Assembly: GCA_027001995.1 (NCBI GenBank)
Contig: JALTLO010000193.1
Coordinates: 1 to 64,000 of the forward strand
From: Planctomycetota bacterium
GTDB taxonomy: Bacteria; Planctomycetota; GCA-002687715; DRQF01
Length of the DNA: 64,000 nt
Direction: 5' to 3'
The notes below the pieces were generated by a model. It had not been told where the DNA came from. It saw only the letters and a program-made list of their open reading frames with translations, and ran no database searches. The translations under genes and the position numbers were made by a program. Shown here piece after piece: positions 18,009 through 27,622 of this stretch. The number at the start of each line of letters is the position of its first letter. Position 1 is the stretch's first letter.

Positions 18009-21000
18009 TTATTCTCCCGAACTCACAGCGGGATGATCTTGCCTTTTCTTCTTGTCTTTTCTCTTCTGAATCCGAATCTGCTTTCGAAGAGTCATCTCTT
18101 GAATCAAGCAGTAGAGAACCGGGACAACGAACATGGTCATCAACTCAATCGTCATACCGCCAACAGATGGAATAGCCATAGGAACCATGATGTCCGACCC
18201 TCGCCCCGTGGAGGTTAAGACAGGCAACAAAGCTAAGATCGTCGTGGCCGTTGTCATCAAACAAGGGCGAGCGCGGCGACCGCCCGCTTGAACAATCGCT
18301 TCGCGAACAGCCTCGATGGTCTCTGGCTTACGTTCGTCAAAGCTCTGCTTCAAGTAGGTTCCCATAACGACACCATCATCCGTCGCGATTCCAAAGAGGG
18401 CCAAGAAACCAACCCAAACTGCGACACTCAGATTGATGGGGCCCACTTGGAACAAAGTCCGCATGTTAGCGCCAAAGACCTCGAAATCCAGGAACCAAGG
18501 CTCTGCATAAAGCCACAGCATAATGAAACCGCCAGACCAAGCAACAAAGACTCCAGTAAAGATAAGCAAAGTCAAAGACACTTGGCGGAATTGCAAATAT
18601 AGCAGCAAGAAGATGGCGAAAAGCGCTAATGGCAAGACCACCATCATCTTCTTTTCTGATCGCACCTGATTCTCATAGGCACCTGCGAATGCAAAGCTTA
18701 CACCGGCAGGAACAATCAAGTCGCCACTGGCAATCTTGTCATTCAAGAAGGCCTGGCACTCCTCAACGACGTCCACCTCCGCATAACCCTTCTTCATGTC
18801 GAACAAGACATAACCGAGCAAAAAGGTGTCCTCACTCTTAATGACCTGAGGACCAGGCGTGTAGTGGATCTTCGTTAATTGTCCCAAGGGGATTTGCGCC
18901 CCAGAGCCAGTTGGCACTAAAATTTCTTTCAAACTCTCCCACTGGTCTCGGAGCTCTCGAGAATAGCGAACGCGAACAGGATAACGCTCTCGCCCTTCAA
19001 CCGTTGTTGTGATTCGGCGACCACCGACGGCAACTTCGATCACATCTTGAACCGTTCGTATGTGCACACCGTAGCGAGCAATTGCATCCCGATCGATTTC
19101 TATTTCAATGTAGGGTTTGCCCACAATACGATCAGCGAAAACGGCACTCGCTTCCACCGAAGGAATCTCCTTGAGAAGCTTCTCAATTTCAAGACCGACC
19201 TTCTCGATGGTCGCCAAGTCTGGGCCCTTCACTTTAATCCCCATGGGGGCCCGCATACCACTTTGAAGCATGACGATTCGAGCTTCAATTGGTCTGAGCT
19301 TAGGAGCCGAAGGTGTAGCTCCTGGCACTTTCGCCGCCTCTATAATGGCATTCCATATATCATCCGTTGACTTAATCTCTGGGCGCCATTGACGAAATAT
19401 CTTGCCGTTCTCATCCGGAACAAGCTCGCCATTGTCATCACGCAAGTATTCCTTCTTCTCTTCGTCGTAGGCAAAACGTAAGACTTGGCCGTCTTCATCA
19501 ATAGCGTACTCAGACTTGTAGCTGATGATGGTCTCGATCATGCCGATAGGAGCTGGATCCAAGGGACTCTCCACCCGACCAATCTTGCCAACGACTTCTT
19601 CGATTTCAGGAATAGCACGAATGGCCATGTCTTGCAGGCGCAAGATGTCATGAGCTTCGCCGATAGAAGCATGAGCCATCGTCGTCGGCATATACAGGAA
19701 GGAGCCTTCATCCAACTTGGGCATGAACTCCTTCCCAAACCCAGTGAATTTATGTTTGGCAGTAATCCAGAATTCTGTTTTTCGGACATCGTCTGCTGAT
19801 GCGATACCCGTCATCTCCACCACTTTCGGCACAAAACCAAAGGTCGCTTCGAATCCGCGCCATGTCACAAGCCCGAAAGCCACGAGAGCCGTGGGCATGG
19901 TCAAGAACAAGAGTTTATGGCGCAGGCACCAGCGCAGGATGGGCTCGTATACGAGCAAGAACAAACGGATCGAAAGTAAAATGCCCCCGATGATCCCGAC
20001 CACAAAGACGAGGTTCTCCATGTCCTTCTCTGGACCAAAAGGAGCCCAGTGTTCGGCGAGATAGATAGCAACCAAAGTGGCCACAGCGATACTTGAGAAC
20101 TTCAGAACAACAGAGACCAACTTGCTCGGCAAGAATGGTTCGGCCAGGCGCCACAATCCGATCACCAAAAGAATGGCCCCGGCCCACCACCAGGAAGCAA
20201 AGGCCAAGAATAGCCCAGAAACAATCAAAATGCCGCTCATGATCATGCGACCAACCCGACTCGGCTTCCCCTTGGCAATCAAGATATGGGCCAGAGGGGG
20301 AATAATCGTCAACGCCAAGACAACAGACGCAAAAAGAGCGAAAGTTTTGGTGTAGGCCAAAGGCTTGAAGAGCTTACCTTCCGCCGCCTCCATGGTGAAA
20401 ACTGGCAGGAAGCTAACGATCGTCGTGAGAACACTTGTCAGAACTGCGGAGCCCACTTCAGAAGACGCTCGAAAGACAACCTCCAATCGACTCTCGTCTG
20501 GCGGTGCTTCATCGAGATGCTTTAGTATGTTCTCGCAGATTACGATTCCCATGTCGACCATGGTTCCGATGGCAATAGCAATACCAGACAAGGCGACCAC
20601 ATTGGCATCAACCTTAAATTGACGCATGAGGATAAAGCAGGCGAGTACTGCAAGAGGAACAACACCCGAGATGAGCAAAGAGCTACGCAGATGCATCATC
20701 ATGACGAGCACAACAATGATCGTCACGAGAATTTCTTCCAACAGAGCTGTATTGAGAGTACCGAGGGTTTCATAGATCAGCCCAGACCGATCATAGAAAG
20801 GTACGATCGTGATCTGAGAGACCGTCCCATCGGGTAGCGTCTTCTTCGGTAAACCCGGTGAAATTTCCTTGATCTTTGCTTTAAGCTTCTTGATGGCCGC
20901 GAGAGGATTATCACCGTAGCGAACAACGACCACGCCTCCCACTGCTTCGGCACCCCCTTTATCGAGCACCCCACGACGTAGGGCTGGCCCCAACGTGACG

Positions 21001-21869
21001 CGAGCGACTTGGCGAATCGTGATAGGCACGTTGTCCGTCACCTTGACAACCACCTTCTCGAGATCTTTGACGTCCTGCACGAAACCAAGACCCCGAACCA
21101 CATATTCAGCTTTGTTGATCTCAATCGTTCGAGCACCAACATCGACGTTGGACATACGAATAGCACTGTAGATTTCGCCTAAACCAACGCCATAGGCTCG
21201 CATGGCATCTGGGTCGACGTCAATTTGATACTCTTTGACAAAGCCACCAATCGAGGCGACTTCTGAAACGCCGTCTACTCCTTGGAGGCCATAGCGCACA
21301 TACCAATCTTGGGCCGTGCGGAGTTCTTGGAGATCCCAACCCCCCGTTGGATTACCATGCTCGTCTCTTCCCTCTAGAGTATACCAATACACTTGACCCA
21401 GCGCCGTAGCGTCTGGCCCTAAGGCTGGCTTGACGCCTTCAGGCACGGTTCCCGCAGGTAGACTGTTGAGCTTCTCCAAAATTCTAGTTCGCGACCAATA
21501 GAATTCAACATCATCTTTGAAGACAACGTAGATGGTCGAGAAACCGAACATCGAATAACTACGAATAGTCTTGACGCCGGGAATTCCCAAGAGTGAAACT
21601 GTGAGAGGATAGGAGACTTGATCCTCAATATCTTGAGGAGAACGGCCCATCCATTCGGTGAATACAATTTGTTGGTTTTCGCCAATATCAGGAATTGCAT
21701 CTACAGGAACGGGGTCACGAGGCAAGTCGCCCACGGACCAGTCGAAAGGCGCATTGAGAACTCCCCAACCGATCACCATCAAGGTGACCAAAGCCACGAT
21801 CAGCTTGTTTTCCAAGCAGAAACGCATGACATTGTCGAGGAGGGAAGGATTGTGAGGAACGTCGCTCAT
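18009..21869 (-). CDS. cusA: CusA-family Cu/Ag efflux RND transporter, long form
   Basis: VPVDAIPDIGENQQIV, LGPDATALGQV, GIAIAIGTMVD, EFMPKLDEGSFLYMP and RPCLMT; 1286 aa. Confidence 0.92.
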   Translation of the reverse strand: MSDVPHNPSLLDNVMRFCLENKLIVALVTLMVIGWGVLNAPFDWSVGDLPRDPVPVDAIPDIGENQQIVFTEWMGRSPQDIEDQVSYPLTVSLLGIPGVKTIRSYSMFGFSTIYVVFKDDVEFYWSRTRILEKLNSLPAGTVPEGVKPALGPDATALGQVYWYTLEGRDEHGNPTGGWDLQELRTAQDWYVRYGLQGVDGVSEVASIGGFVKEYQIDVDPDAMRAYGVGLGEIYSAIRMSNVDVGARTIEINKAEYVVRGLGFVQDVKDLEKVVVKVTDNVPITIRQVARVTLGPALRRGVLDKGGAEAVGGVVVVRYGDNPLAAIKKLKAKIKEISPGLPKKTLPDGTVSQITIVPFYDRSGLIYETLGTLNTALLEEILVTIIVVLVMMMHLRSSLLISGVVPLAVLACFILMRQFKVDANVVALSGIAIAIGTMVDMGIVICENILKHLDEAPPDESRLEVVFRASSEVGSAVLTSVLTTIVSFLPVFTMEAAEGKLFKPLAYTKTFALFASVVLALTIIPPLAHILIAKGKPSRVGRMIMSGILIVSGLFLAFASWWWAGAILLVIGLWRLAEPFLPSKLVSVVLKFSSIAVATLVAIYLAEHWAPFGPEKDMENLVFVVGIIGGILLSIRLFLLVYEPILRWCLRHKLLFLTMPTALVAFGLVTWRGFEATFGFVPKVVEMTGIASADDVRKTEFWITAKHKFTGFGKEFMPKLDEGSFLYMPTTMAHASIGEAHDILRLQDMAIRAIPEIEEVVGKIGRVESPLDPAPIGMIETIISYKSEYAIDEDGQVLRFAYDEEKKEYLRDDNGELVPDENGKIFRQWRPEIKSTDDIWNAIIEAAKVPGATPSAPKLRPIEARIVMLQSGMRAPMGIKVKGPDLATIEKVGLEIEKLLKEIPSVEASAVFADRIVGKPYIEIEIDRDAIARYGVHIRTVQDVIEVAVGGRRITTTVEGRERYPVRVRYSRELRDQWESLKEILVPTGSGAQIPLGQLTKIHYTPGPQVIKSEDTFLLGYVLFDMKKGYAEVDVVEECQAFLNDKIASGDLIVPAGVSFAFAGAYENQVRSEKKMMVVLPLALFAIFLLLYLQFRQVSLTLLIFTGVFVAWSGGFIMLWLYAEPWFLDFEVFGANMRTLFQVGPINLSVAVWVGFLALFGIATDDGVVMGTYLKQSFDERKPETIEAVREAIVQAGGRRARPCLMTTATTILALLPVLTSTGRGSDIMVPMAIPSVGGMTIELMTMFVVPVLYCLIQEMTLRKQIRIQKRKDKKKRQDHPAVSSGE

Positions 21870-24346
21870 TTGCCTTCTCCCATGTGGGTGCTCTTGATCT
21901 CTCCACAGGAGAACATCGATGAGCCATAGAATGGATTTTCAACTTCATCGGACACTTGCAACCAAGTCCCGCCCTTGCCGCCATTGGCCATGGAGCAAAA
22001 CGCTGTGTGATAGGTAGTTTTCCCTGGGTGACCGAATGAGTTTTCCATCTCTAAGATTTTTGGGGCGATTTCATTAAACATTTTACGTGCAGACTTGATG
22101 TCACTGGCATGAGGCCCGTGGGCCGTTTTTGCAAGTAAAGCCTGACTCAGATTGTCCCAGTTCCCGGGTACTTTCAGATCCTGAGGAAAACTCTTAACCG
22201 CGGTGTTTATCGCTGTCATCGCCGTTTTCGCAGCCTCAAGATCGTCACTTGAAAGCGCTTTATGAAGCTGAAAGTAAGCCCCGTAAATGGGAGCTGTCGC
22301 TGCAAGAAAATCTCGCCCAACAGACACTTTCATCCCATTCGAATCCGCCTTTCCCGCGTCCGACTTATCCTTGGATTTCATCACTGGCTTGCCATCTGCC
22401 CCGGCGAACTCTTCTCGAATTTCGCCGCAAGTAAACATCGATGAGCCATAGAAAGGATTCTCTACACTTTCGGCCAATTGCAACCAGGACGCCCCTTTCC
22501 CTTGAGCAGCCATTGGACAAAAAGCCTCGCGATGAACCGCTTTTCCGCGGTGTCCAAAGGATCGTTCGACGGCGAGGATAGACTTGGAAACCACTTCAAA
22601 GATTCCGCGAACACTGGCAATCTTCTGAGCGTGTTTCAGGTGTTCTGTGGCCCGCACGATTTCAGCCGACAGCGCATTCCAACGTTCATGAGCTTGAGCG
22701 TTGGCCAAAGTGACCGCGAGATTCTTCGCCTCCTTCGTCATCATCGACATGGCCATTTTGGCAGCCTCAACATCATCCTTTGTGAGAGCGACCTGAGCCT
22801 CGAAGTATCCTTGATAAACACGCTCAAGAGCCTCAAGAAACTCTGGGGTCGTTTCCATTCGACTGGCGTCCGCCTCTTCCGTCATACTCATCATGCTTGG
22901 TTTAGCTAAGATCTGGAGGGCACTGTCAATCTTAAAGTTGCCATTGGTGACAACCATTTCACCCTCTTTCAAACCATCGTAAATGAGATACCAATCCCCA
23001 GCCCGAGGCCCCACAACCACTTCTCGCCCTTCAAAAGTCGGGCGTTCCGTATCTGGACGTTGCACATAAACAACACCTCGCTTGCCAGTCAGAAGAACAG
23101 CTGTACTAGGAACCACAATGGGTGGTTGTAAGTCGGTCTTGGCAGCGGAGAAGCCGAGGGACGTAGCGGGAACAAGAACCATCTTGCAAATATCACAAAT
23201 GCCTTCTTCGTCCTTGACCACTTCATGGTGCATAGGACAAATCCATTTCTTAGCCATATCTGGCTCAAGGACTTGGCCGCCTTCAGCTATCTTGCTTCGT
23301 AGTACGGCACGAACGAACATGCCTGGTTTGAGCTTAAGATCCTTGTTGGCAACATTGACACGGATCTTCTTGGTCCTGGTCTTCTCATCCAAGTATGGCG
23401 GGACGAAACTGATCCAGCCGTCAAACTTTTCTCCCGGATGTGCCTCGGTTTCGATCTGAACTTTCTGGCCGTAGCGAATCCAAGGGAAGTCCATCTCGTA
23501 GGCATCCAGCTCCAGCCAAACAACAGAAAGATCTGCCACGGTGTAGATCGGTGAGCCAACCTTCACATACATTCCTTCCACTGCTTTCTTGTGAATTACA
23601 ACGCCAGACAAGGGGGCATTGATTTGGATGTGGGTTTGAACTTCACCCCTTTCCTCAATCGCAGCGATTTGTTCCGATGTGAGTCCCCAAAGCCGTAGCT
23701 TTTCCCTCTCCGACTCCAAATGCTTCTTAGCGCTATTCTTCAGGAATTCGCTTTTTTCATTCGCCGTTTCCTCTAAGCTCTTCCTCGCCTCAAGAAGGGA
23801 CTCTTGGGCCTCCAAGAGCTGAGGTGAATAGAGCAGAACCATGTGATCACCCTTCTCCACCCTGGTTCCGGTATAGTCGACAAAAAGACGATCCAGTCGC
23901 CCAGGGATCCAAGCGGACAATGACTTAACCCGGGTCTCGTCGTAAACGACCTTTCCCACCATCCGAATCGTTGATTCCACGAACCTGCGTTCGACTCGGC
24001 TTGTCTGAACTTGTGCCAGCGCCATATCTGACTTGGACATGACTAAGGCCCGGGGCCCAGCGTCGTCACCAGAGCTTTTCAGTTCAATCAGATCCATGCC
24101 ACAGATGGGGCAAGCACCGGGTTCTGGCATCTTGATTTGAGGGTGCATGGAGCAAGTCCAAATGACACCAGCAGCCGCATTGGAGCTAACAGGGGCTCCC
24201 TTAGCGGAGGACTCCGCCGGGGCACGCCCAGAAGAACCGACCTCGTAGGCCACGTAGATCAAGAGAATAGTAACCAGAATGCGCGTCCAATTGGCACCAA
24301 CCAAGTAGGCCAGGACTTTCTTCGCTGTGAGTTTCTTGTCGGTCAT
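21866..24346 (-). CDS. cusB: CusB-like membrane fusion protein with two heavy-metal-binding domains and two DUF3347-like domains
   Basis: WTCSMHP..CPICGMDL, WICPMH..CDICKM, LKPGMF, and two FC[P/S]MA..KG..WLQ...ENPFYGSSMF.CG repeats. Confidence 0.88.
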   Translation of the reverse strand: MTDKKLTAKKVLAYLVGANWTRILVTILLIYVAYEVGSSGRAPAESSAKGAPVSSNAAAGVIWTCSMHPQIKMPEPGACPICGMDLIELKSSGDDAGPRALVMSKSDMALAQVQTSRVERRFVESTIRMVGKVVYDETRVKSLSAWIPGRLDRLFVDYTGTRVEKGDHMVLLYSPQLLEAQESLLEARKSLEETANEKSEFLKNSAKKHLESEREKLRLWGLTSEQIAAIEERGEVQTHIQINAPLSGVVIHKKAVEGMYVKVGSPIYTVADLSVVWLELDAYEMDFPWIRYGQKVQIETEAHPGEKFDGWISFVPPYLDEKTRTKKIRVNVANKDLKLKPGMFVRAVLRSKIAEGGQVLEPDMAKKWICPMHHEVVKDEEGICDICKMVLVPATSLGFSAAKTDLQPPIVVPSTAVLLTGKRGVVYVQRPDTERPTFEGREVVVGPRAGDWYLIYDGLKEGEMVVTNGNFKIDSALQILAKPSMMSMTEEADASRMETTPEFLEALERVYQGYFEAQVALTKDDVEAAKMAMSMMTKEAKNLAVTLANAQAHERWNALSAEIVRATEHLKHAQKIASVRGIFEVVSKSILAVERSFGHRGKAVHREAFCPMAAQGKGASWLQLAESVENPFYGSSMFTCGEIREEFAGADGKPVMKSKDKSDAGKADSNGMKVSVGRDFLAATAPIYGAYFQLHKALSSDDLEAAKTAMTAINTAVKSFPQDLKVPGNWDNLSQALLAKTAHGPHASDIKSARKMFNEIAPKILEMENSFGHPGKTTYHTAFCSMANGGKGGTWLQVSDEVENPFYGSSMFSCGEIKSTHMGEGK

Positions 24347-25740
24347 TTGATGACTCCTCCGCAGAGCGCTTTGAGCGCGGCCAAGGCTTGTTCGTAATTT
24401 GCGCGGGCTCGTTCTGACGATTTTTCAAACGCAAGAAGGACCCGCTGGCTGTCAATAAGATCAGTAAATGAAGCTGTTCCCGCCCGGTAGGCGACTTCGG
24501 TCACCTCTAAAGCCTGCCTGGCTCTGGGCAGTAGGCTATCGCGGTAAAGGGCGACTTGCCTGAATGCATCGTCCAGTTTGTAGGCTTGCAGGTCTAAAGA
24601 GGCGAAGAGATCGTTCTCTTTTTGCGCCAAGGCTGCCACCGCCGCTGCCCGCGAAGCCAAGGCTTCCTGTTCCGCTGCGTCATATTTGCGCGTTTGAATG
24701 GGGATGTTGAATGACAAAGTGAAGAGCAAAGGGTCATCGCCGCTCCCTGCAACTCCTCCCATGGTGGCGTTATCGGTGGCAATATAATTGGCCCCCAAGG
24801 TGAGATCCGGCCAGCGATCAAGATTGGCCAGTTCAGCACGCTTCGCATGCTTTTCCGCCTCCTCTCGCAAAGCCGCCAATTCAGGATTCATTCGTAGTAA
24901 GTTCTCTTTGAGTGGCCCAATGTTATAGACACGATCCGCTTCGCTGATCTTCGCTGGCCAAGGAAGAAGCATACTTCCTGGCCAATTCATCGCTGCTCGA
25001 ATTCGAGAGCTGAGGGGCTGCCGGAATTTCTGCAAGGTCTCAATTTCGTTTTCGACCTTCCCGATTTCAACTTGCAGCCGAATCAGGTCGTCTTGGCCAC
25101 CACCCCCCTGAATCTTACGCTGGGCAACTGGCTCCAGGCGCTTGAGCAAGACAAGATTCTCTTGGGTGATGCGAACTGCTTGGGCCAAATAGGCGTACTC
25201 AAAGAAGGCACTACGGATTTCGAGTTCCACCGCCAGTTGCTTGGAAATGACCACAGCCCAGAGGCGATTAGCTTCCTGCATTTGGACTTCGCCGCGGGTT
25301 TCAAGCTTGCCAAACCAAGGGAATGTTTGGGAAAGACCAAAAGTGTTTTCCTGAGGCCCTGTCCTGGTTTGAACACTCTCAACAAATTGGCCAAAAGTAA
25401 ATCGGGGGTCAGGCAGTGCTGTCACCTGAGTGATTCTTTCCATGGCCGCTCTCCATTTCTCGAATGCAGAATGGACGCCGGCATTCATGGTGAGGCCGTA
25501 CTTGGTGTAGTCCCCCAAGGTCGCTGAGTCGAGAGAGGGAACTTGGATTCCTGAAGTTTCCTCCGTTGCGCTTTCATCCGCTTGCTGATCGCCTTTCATT
25601 TCCCCTGGCTCAAAGAGCTGACTTCGGCGGTCATCAATGGCGCGGCGAACATGGTCAGACCGACACGCACCGAGTGCGCTCAGGAGAAGGGCCACCAAGA
25701 AAAGGGGCCGGAATTTGTTTATCTTTACGTCTCGATTCAT
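24343..25740 (-). CDS. cusC: TolC-family outer membrane efflux protein, CusC-like
   Basis: Lipobox LGAC, LPDP..SQTFPWFGKL, and AYRAGTASFTDLIDSQR. Confidence 0.85.
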   Translation of the reverse strand: MNRDVKINKFRPLFLVALLLSALGACRSDHVRRAIDDRRSQLFEPGEMKGDQQADESATEETSGIQVPSLDSATLGDYTKYGLTMNAGVHSAFEKWRAAMERITQVTALPDPRFTFGQFVESVQTRTGPQENTFGLSQTFPWFGKLETRGEVQMQEANRLWAVVISKQLAVELEIRSAFFEYAYLAQAVRITQENLVLLKRLEPVAQRKIQGGGGQDDLIRLQVEIGKVENEIETLQKFRQPLSSRIRAAMNWPGSMLLPWPAKISEADRVYNIGPLKENLLRMNPELAALREEAEKHAKRAELANLDRWPDLTLGANYIATDNATMGGVAGSGDDPLLFTLSFNIPIQTRKYDAAEQEALASRAAAVAALAQKENDLFASLDLQAYKLDDAFRQVALYRDSLLPRARQALEVTEVAYRAGTASFTDLIDSQRVLLAFEKSSERARANYEQALAALKALCGGVIK

Positions 25741-25914
25741 CAGGAGTCCTCTGAGGCCGAAACCCTTAGGTTTGTGTCGGTCCAATCAACGTGCTCACAA
25801 GGCAACACTGGATGTCAATATGCGGGGAACCTTCTGTGTCAATACAGAAGTCAAGGGGGAACTCCTCTTTCCCCAAAGCCTTGGGTCTAGACGGAGTATC
25901 TCTGGCAAACGTTC

Positions 25915-26316
25915 TTAGGTTCGGAGAATGCAGTGAAGCGCGAGGCGCTCATTGTGGGTGAGATCAACACCCATGGGGTCGTTGCCCCCAGGGAAGGTTC
26001 GCGTTTCGAAGGAAGACGTAAGAAAACCGCCTTCAATTACGGATGAGCGAGAGGCGAGAGCCAGGATGTTGGCGAGAAGCCGATTTCCATCCAATTGCTG
26101 CTTAACAGGCAATTGAGGGACTTCTTCAGGGGTGTCAGCACAACAGCAACGGGGAGATTTCGGACTGCAACACTTTTCGCTACAGGCGGGGGCGGTGGTC
26201 GATTCTCTTGCACAGTCTGCCTGGCCACCCAAGGGGCCATGGGCCATCATCAGCAAGGGCTGAAGTGCCAAAAGCAAAGCTAAGATTGTGCAAAAATTCC
26301 GCATTCCGTGCCTCAT
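25915..26316 (-). CDS. Small Cys-rich exported/membrane protein heading the cus-like operon
   Basis: Hydrophobic N-terminus, CSEKCC..CCC cluster and C-terminal LHCILRT. Confidence 0.65.
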   Translation of the reverse strand: MRHGMRNFCTILALLLALQPLLMMAHGPLGGQADCARESTTAPACSEKCCSPKSPRCCCADTPEEVPQLPVKQQLDGNRLLANILALASRSSVIEGGFLTSSFETRTFPGGNDPMGVDLTHNERLALHCILRT

Positions 26317-26536
26317 GATAAGTCAAAGTAGCGGAGTTTCCGGCTTCGATCAAGCAGCAAACCCGCCCTCGTCCTCATGAGAACAGTAGTCAAACAAAGA
26401 TTATTCACCGTTTTCTTCCCGAACACGATTTATGTCGGTCCTGTCAGTACCCCAAGTAAGCACGAAAACCTCCAGGTCCAGTACGACTTGGAGGTTCCAT
26501 GTTCAAATGAGGCTGTTTCCGCCTCAGCGATGCCTA

Positions 26537-26866
26537 TCAGTGGCGGCGATAGTAGTGTCTTCCGTAGGAGCGATGGCCGCCATAGCCATAATTGTAGTGC
26601 CTACGGCGGTAATAACCACCATAGCCGTGCCGTCGATAGCCGTGACCACCATAGTAGGACCGATAGTGGCCTCCATAGCCATAGTGGCCCCCGTCATAAT
26701 AAACGTCGTGGCCTCCATAGTAGCCCCCATGCCCTCCATAGTAGCCACCATGACCTCCGTAATGGCCCCCAATGCTAATGTCGAAATGTTGGGCGCTTGC
26801 AGTTGGCGCTGCAGACGCCAGGAAGAGCGCGACAATAGCAGCGGTGAAAAGTGTTGTCTTTTTCAT
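26537..26866 (-). CDS. Secreted Gly/His/Tyr/Arg-rich low-complexity protein
   Basis: AGGAG RBS, signal peptide ending ASA, then GGHGGYY-type repeats. Confidence 0.75.
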   Translation of the reverse strand: MKKTTLFTAAIVALFLASAAPTASAQHFDISIGGHYGGHGGYYGGHGGYYGGHDVYYDGGHYGYGGHYRSYYGGHGYRRHGYGGYYRRRHYNYGYGGHRSYGRHYYRRH

Positions 26867-26924
26867 GATTGGATCTCCTATTTGAAAATCGGCTACTCAC
26901 AGGTTGTTCAGCCGATATGGAAGA

Positions 26925-26940
26925 AGCACACAACATGCCA
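26925..26940 (-). promoter_or_regulatory. Putative sigma-54 (-24/-12) promoter
   Basis: Minus strand TGGCATGTTGTGTGCT has the correct GG-N10-GC spacing, about 60 bp upstream of the Gly/His-rich gene. Confidence 0.5.
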
Positions 26941-27099
26941 ACGAGGGGAAATCGCCATAAACCTATGGTCTTATTAGACTTGCTTTTAAGCCATGAATCG
27001 TTGATGATGACAAAGTGCCCACTATTGGGGACAGTGTGATATCCTTTCGAGGACATCGTTTTGCGGCAATCGATCTCATTTCTTGCTAAGGAGCCAAGA

Positions 27100-27588
27100 A
27101 TGCAGGAACCCCAGGCAGATCCATGGTCACCTCCAGGGTTCGACTGTAATAAGTGCGGTCAGTGTTGTCGTAATTTTGGCCCCGAGATTGGGGTTCGCTT
27201 TTTACCCACAGATGTGGCACGAGTTGCCAAAGGCTTGTCGCTGACCAAGGCTGAGTTCTACCGCAAGTATTTGACAATCCGGGGGGAGAAGATCGAGGAC
27301 CACGACTTCTATTACTTCGCGATGGAATCCAAAAATTCGGACTGCCCCTTCGTACTTGAAGACGACACCTGCGGAATCCACGATTTCAAACCAGAGCAAT
27401 GCATTCGTGGCCCTTACGGTATTCTCTATCCAACGGCAGTTTCCAAAGACTACGATTGCGCCAAGGATCTCATCGTCCCCGACACCTGGGATACCCGCCA
27501 AGACGATCAAACCTACGTCTGCGACTTGCTCTTCATCTCTCCGACTGCAGCCCTTCGATTCATCTTAGAAGAGCCCCAATCTCGATAA
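27100..27588 (+). CDS. YkgJ-family cysteine cluster protein (CxxCxxCC)
   Basis: FDCNKCGQCC...CPFV...CGIHDFKPEQC; AAGGAG RBS. Confidence 0.85.
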   Translation: MQEPQADPWSPPGFDCNKCGQCCRNFGPEIGVRFLPTDVARVAKGLSLTKAEFYRKYLTIRGEKIEDHDFYYFAMESKNSDCPFVLEDDTCGIHDFKPEQCIRGPYGILYPTAVSKDYDCAKDLIVPDTWDTRQDDQTYVCDLLFISPTAALRFILEEPQSR

Positions 27589-27622
27589 TTATCTCCTAGG
27601 ATCGGCAACAAATTGCGCCGGT

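Noticed and set aside
8513..25890. Many 60-210 aa alternative-frame and antisense ORFs within the RND genes
   Set aside because: Shadow ORFs fully overlapping well-supported genes, without motifs.
26377..26977. Several overlapping ORFs over the Gly/His/Tyr repeats, and a possible CRISPR-like array
   Set aside because: These are codon-level repeats of one low-complexity gene; there is no constant repeat with unique spacers and no cas genes.
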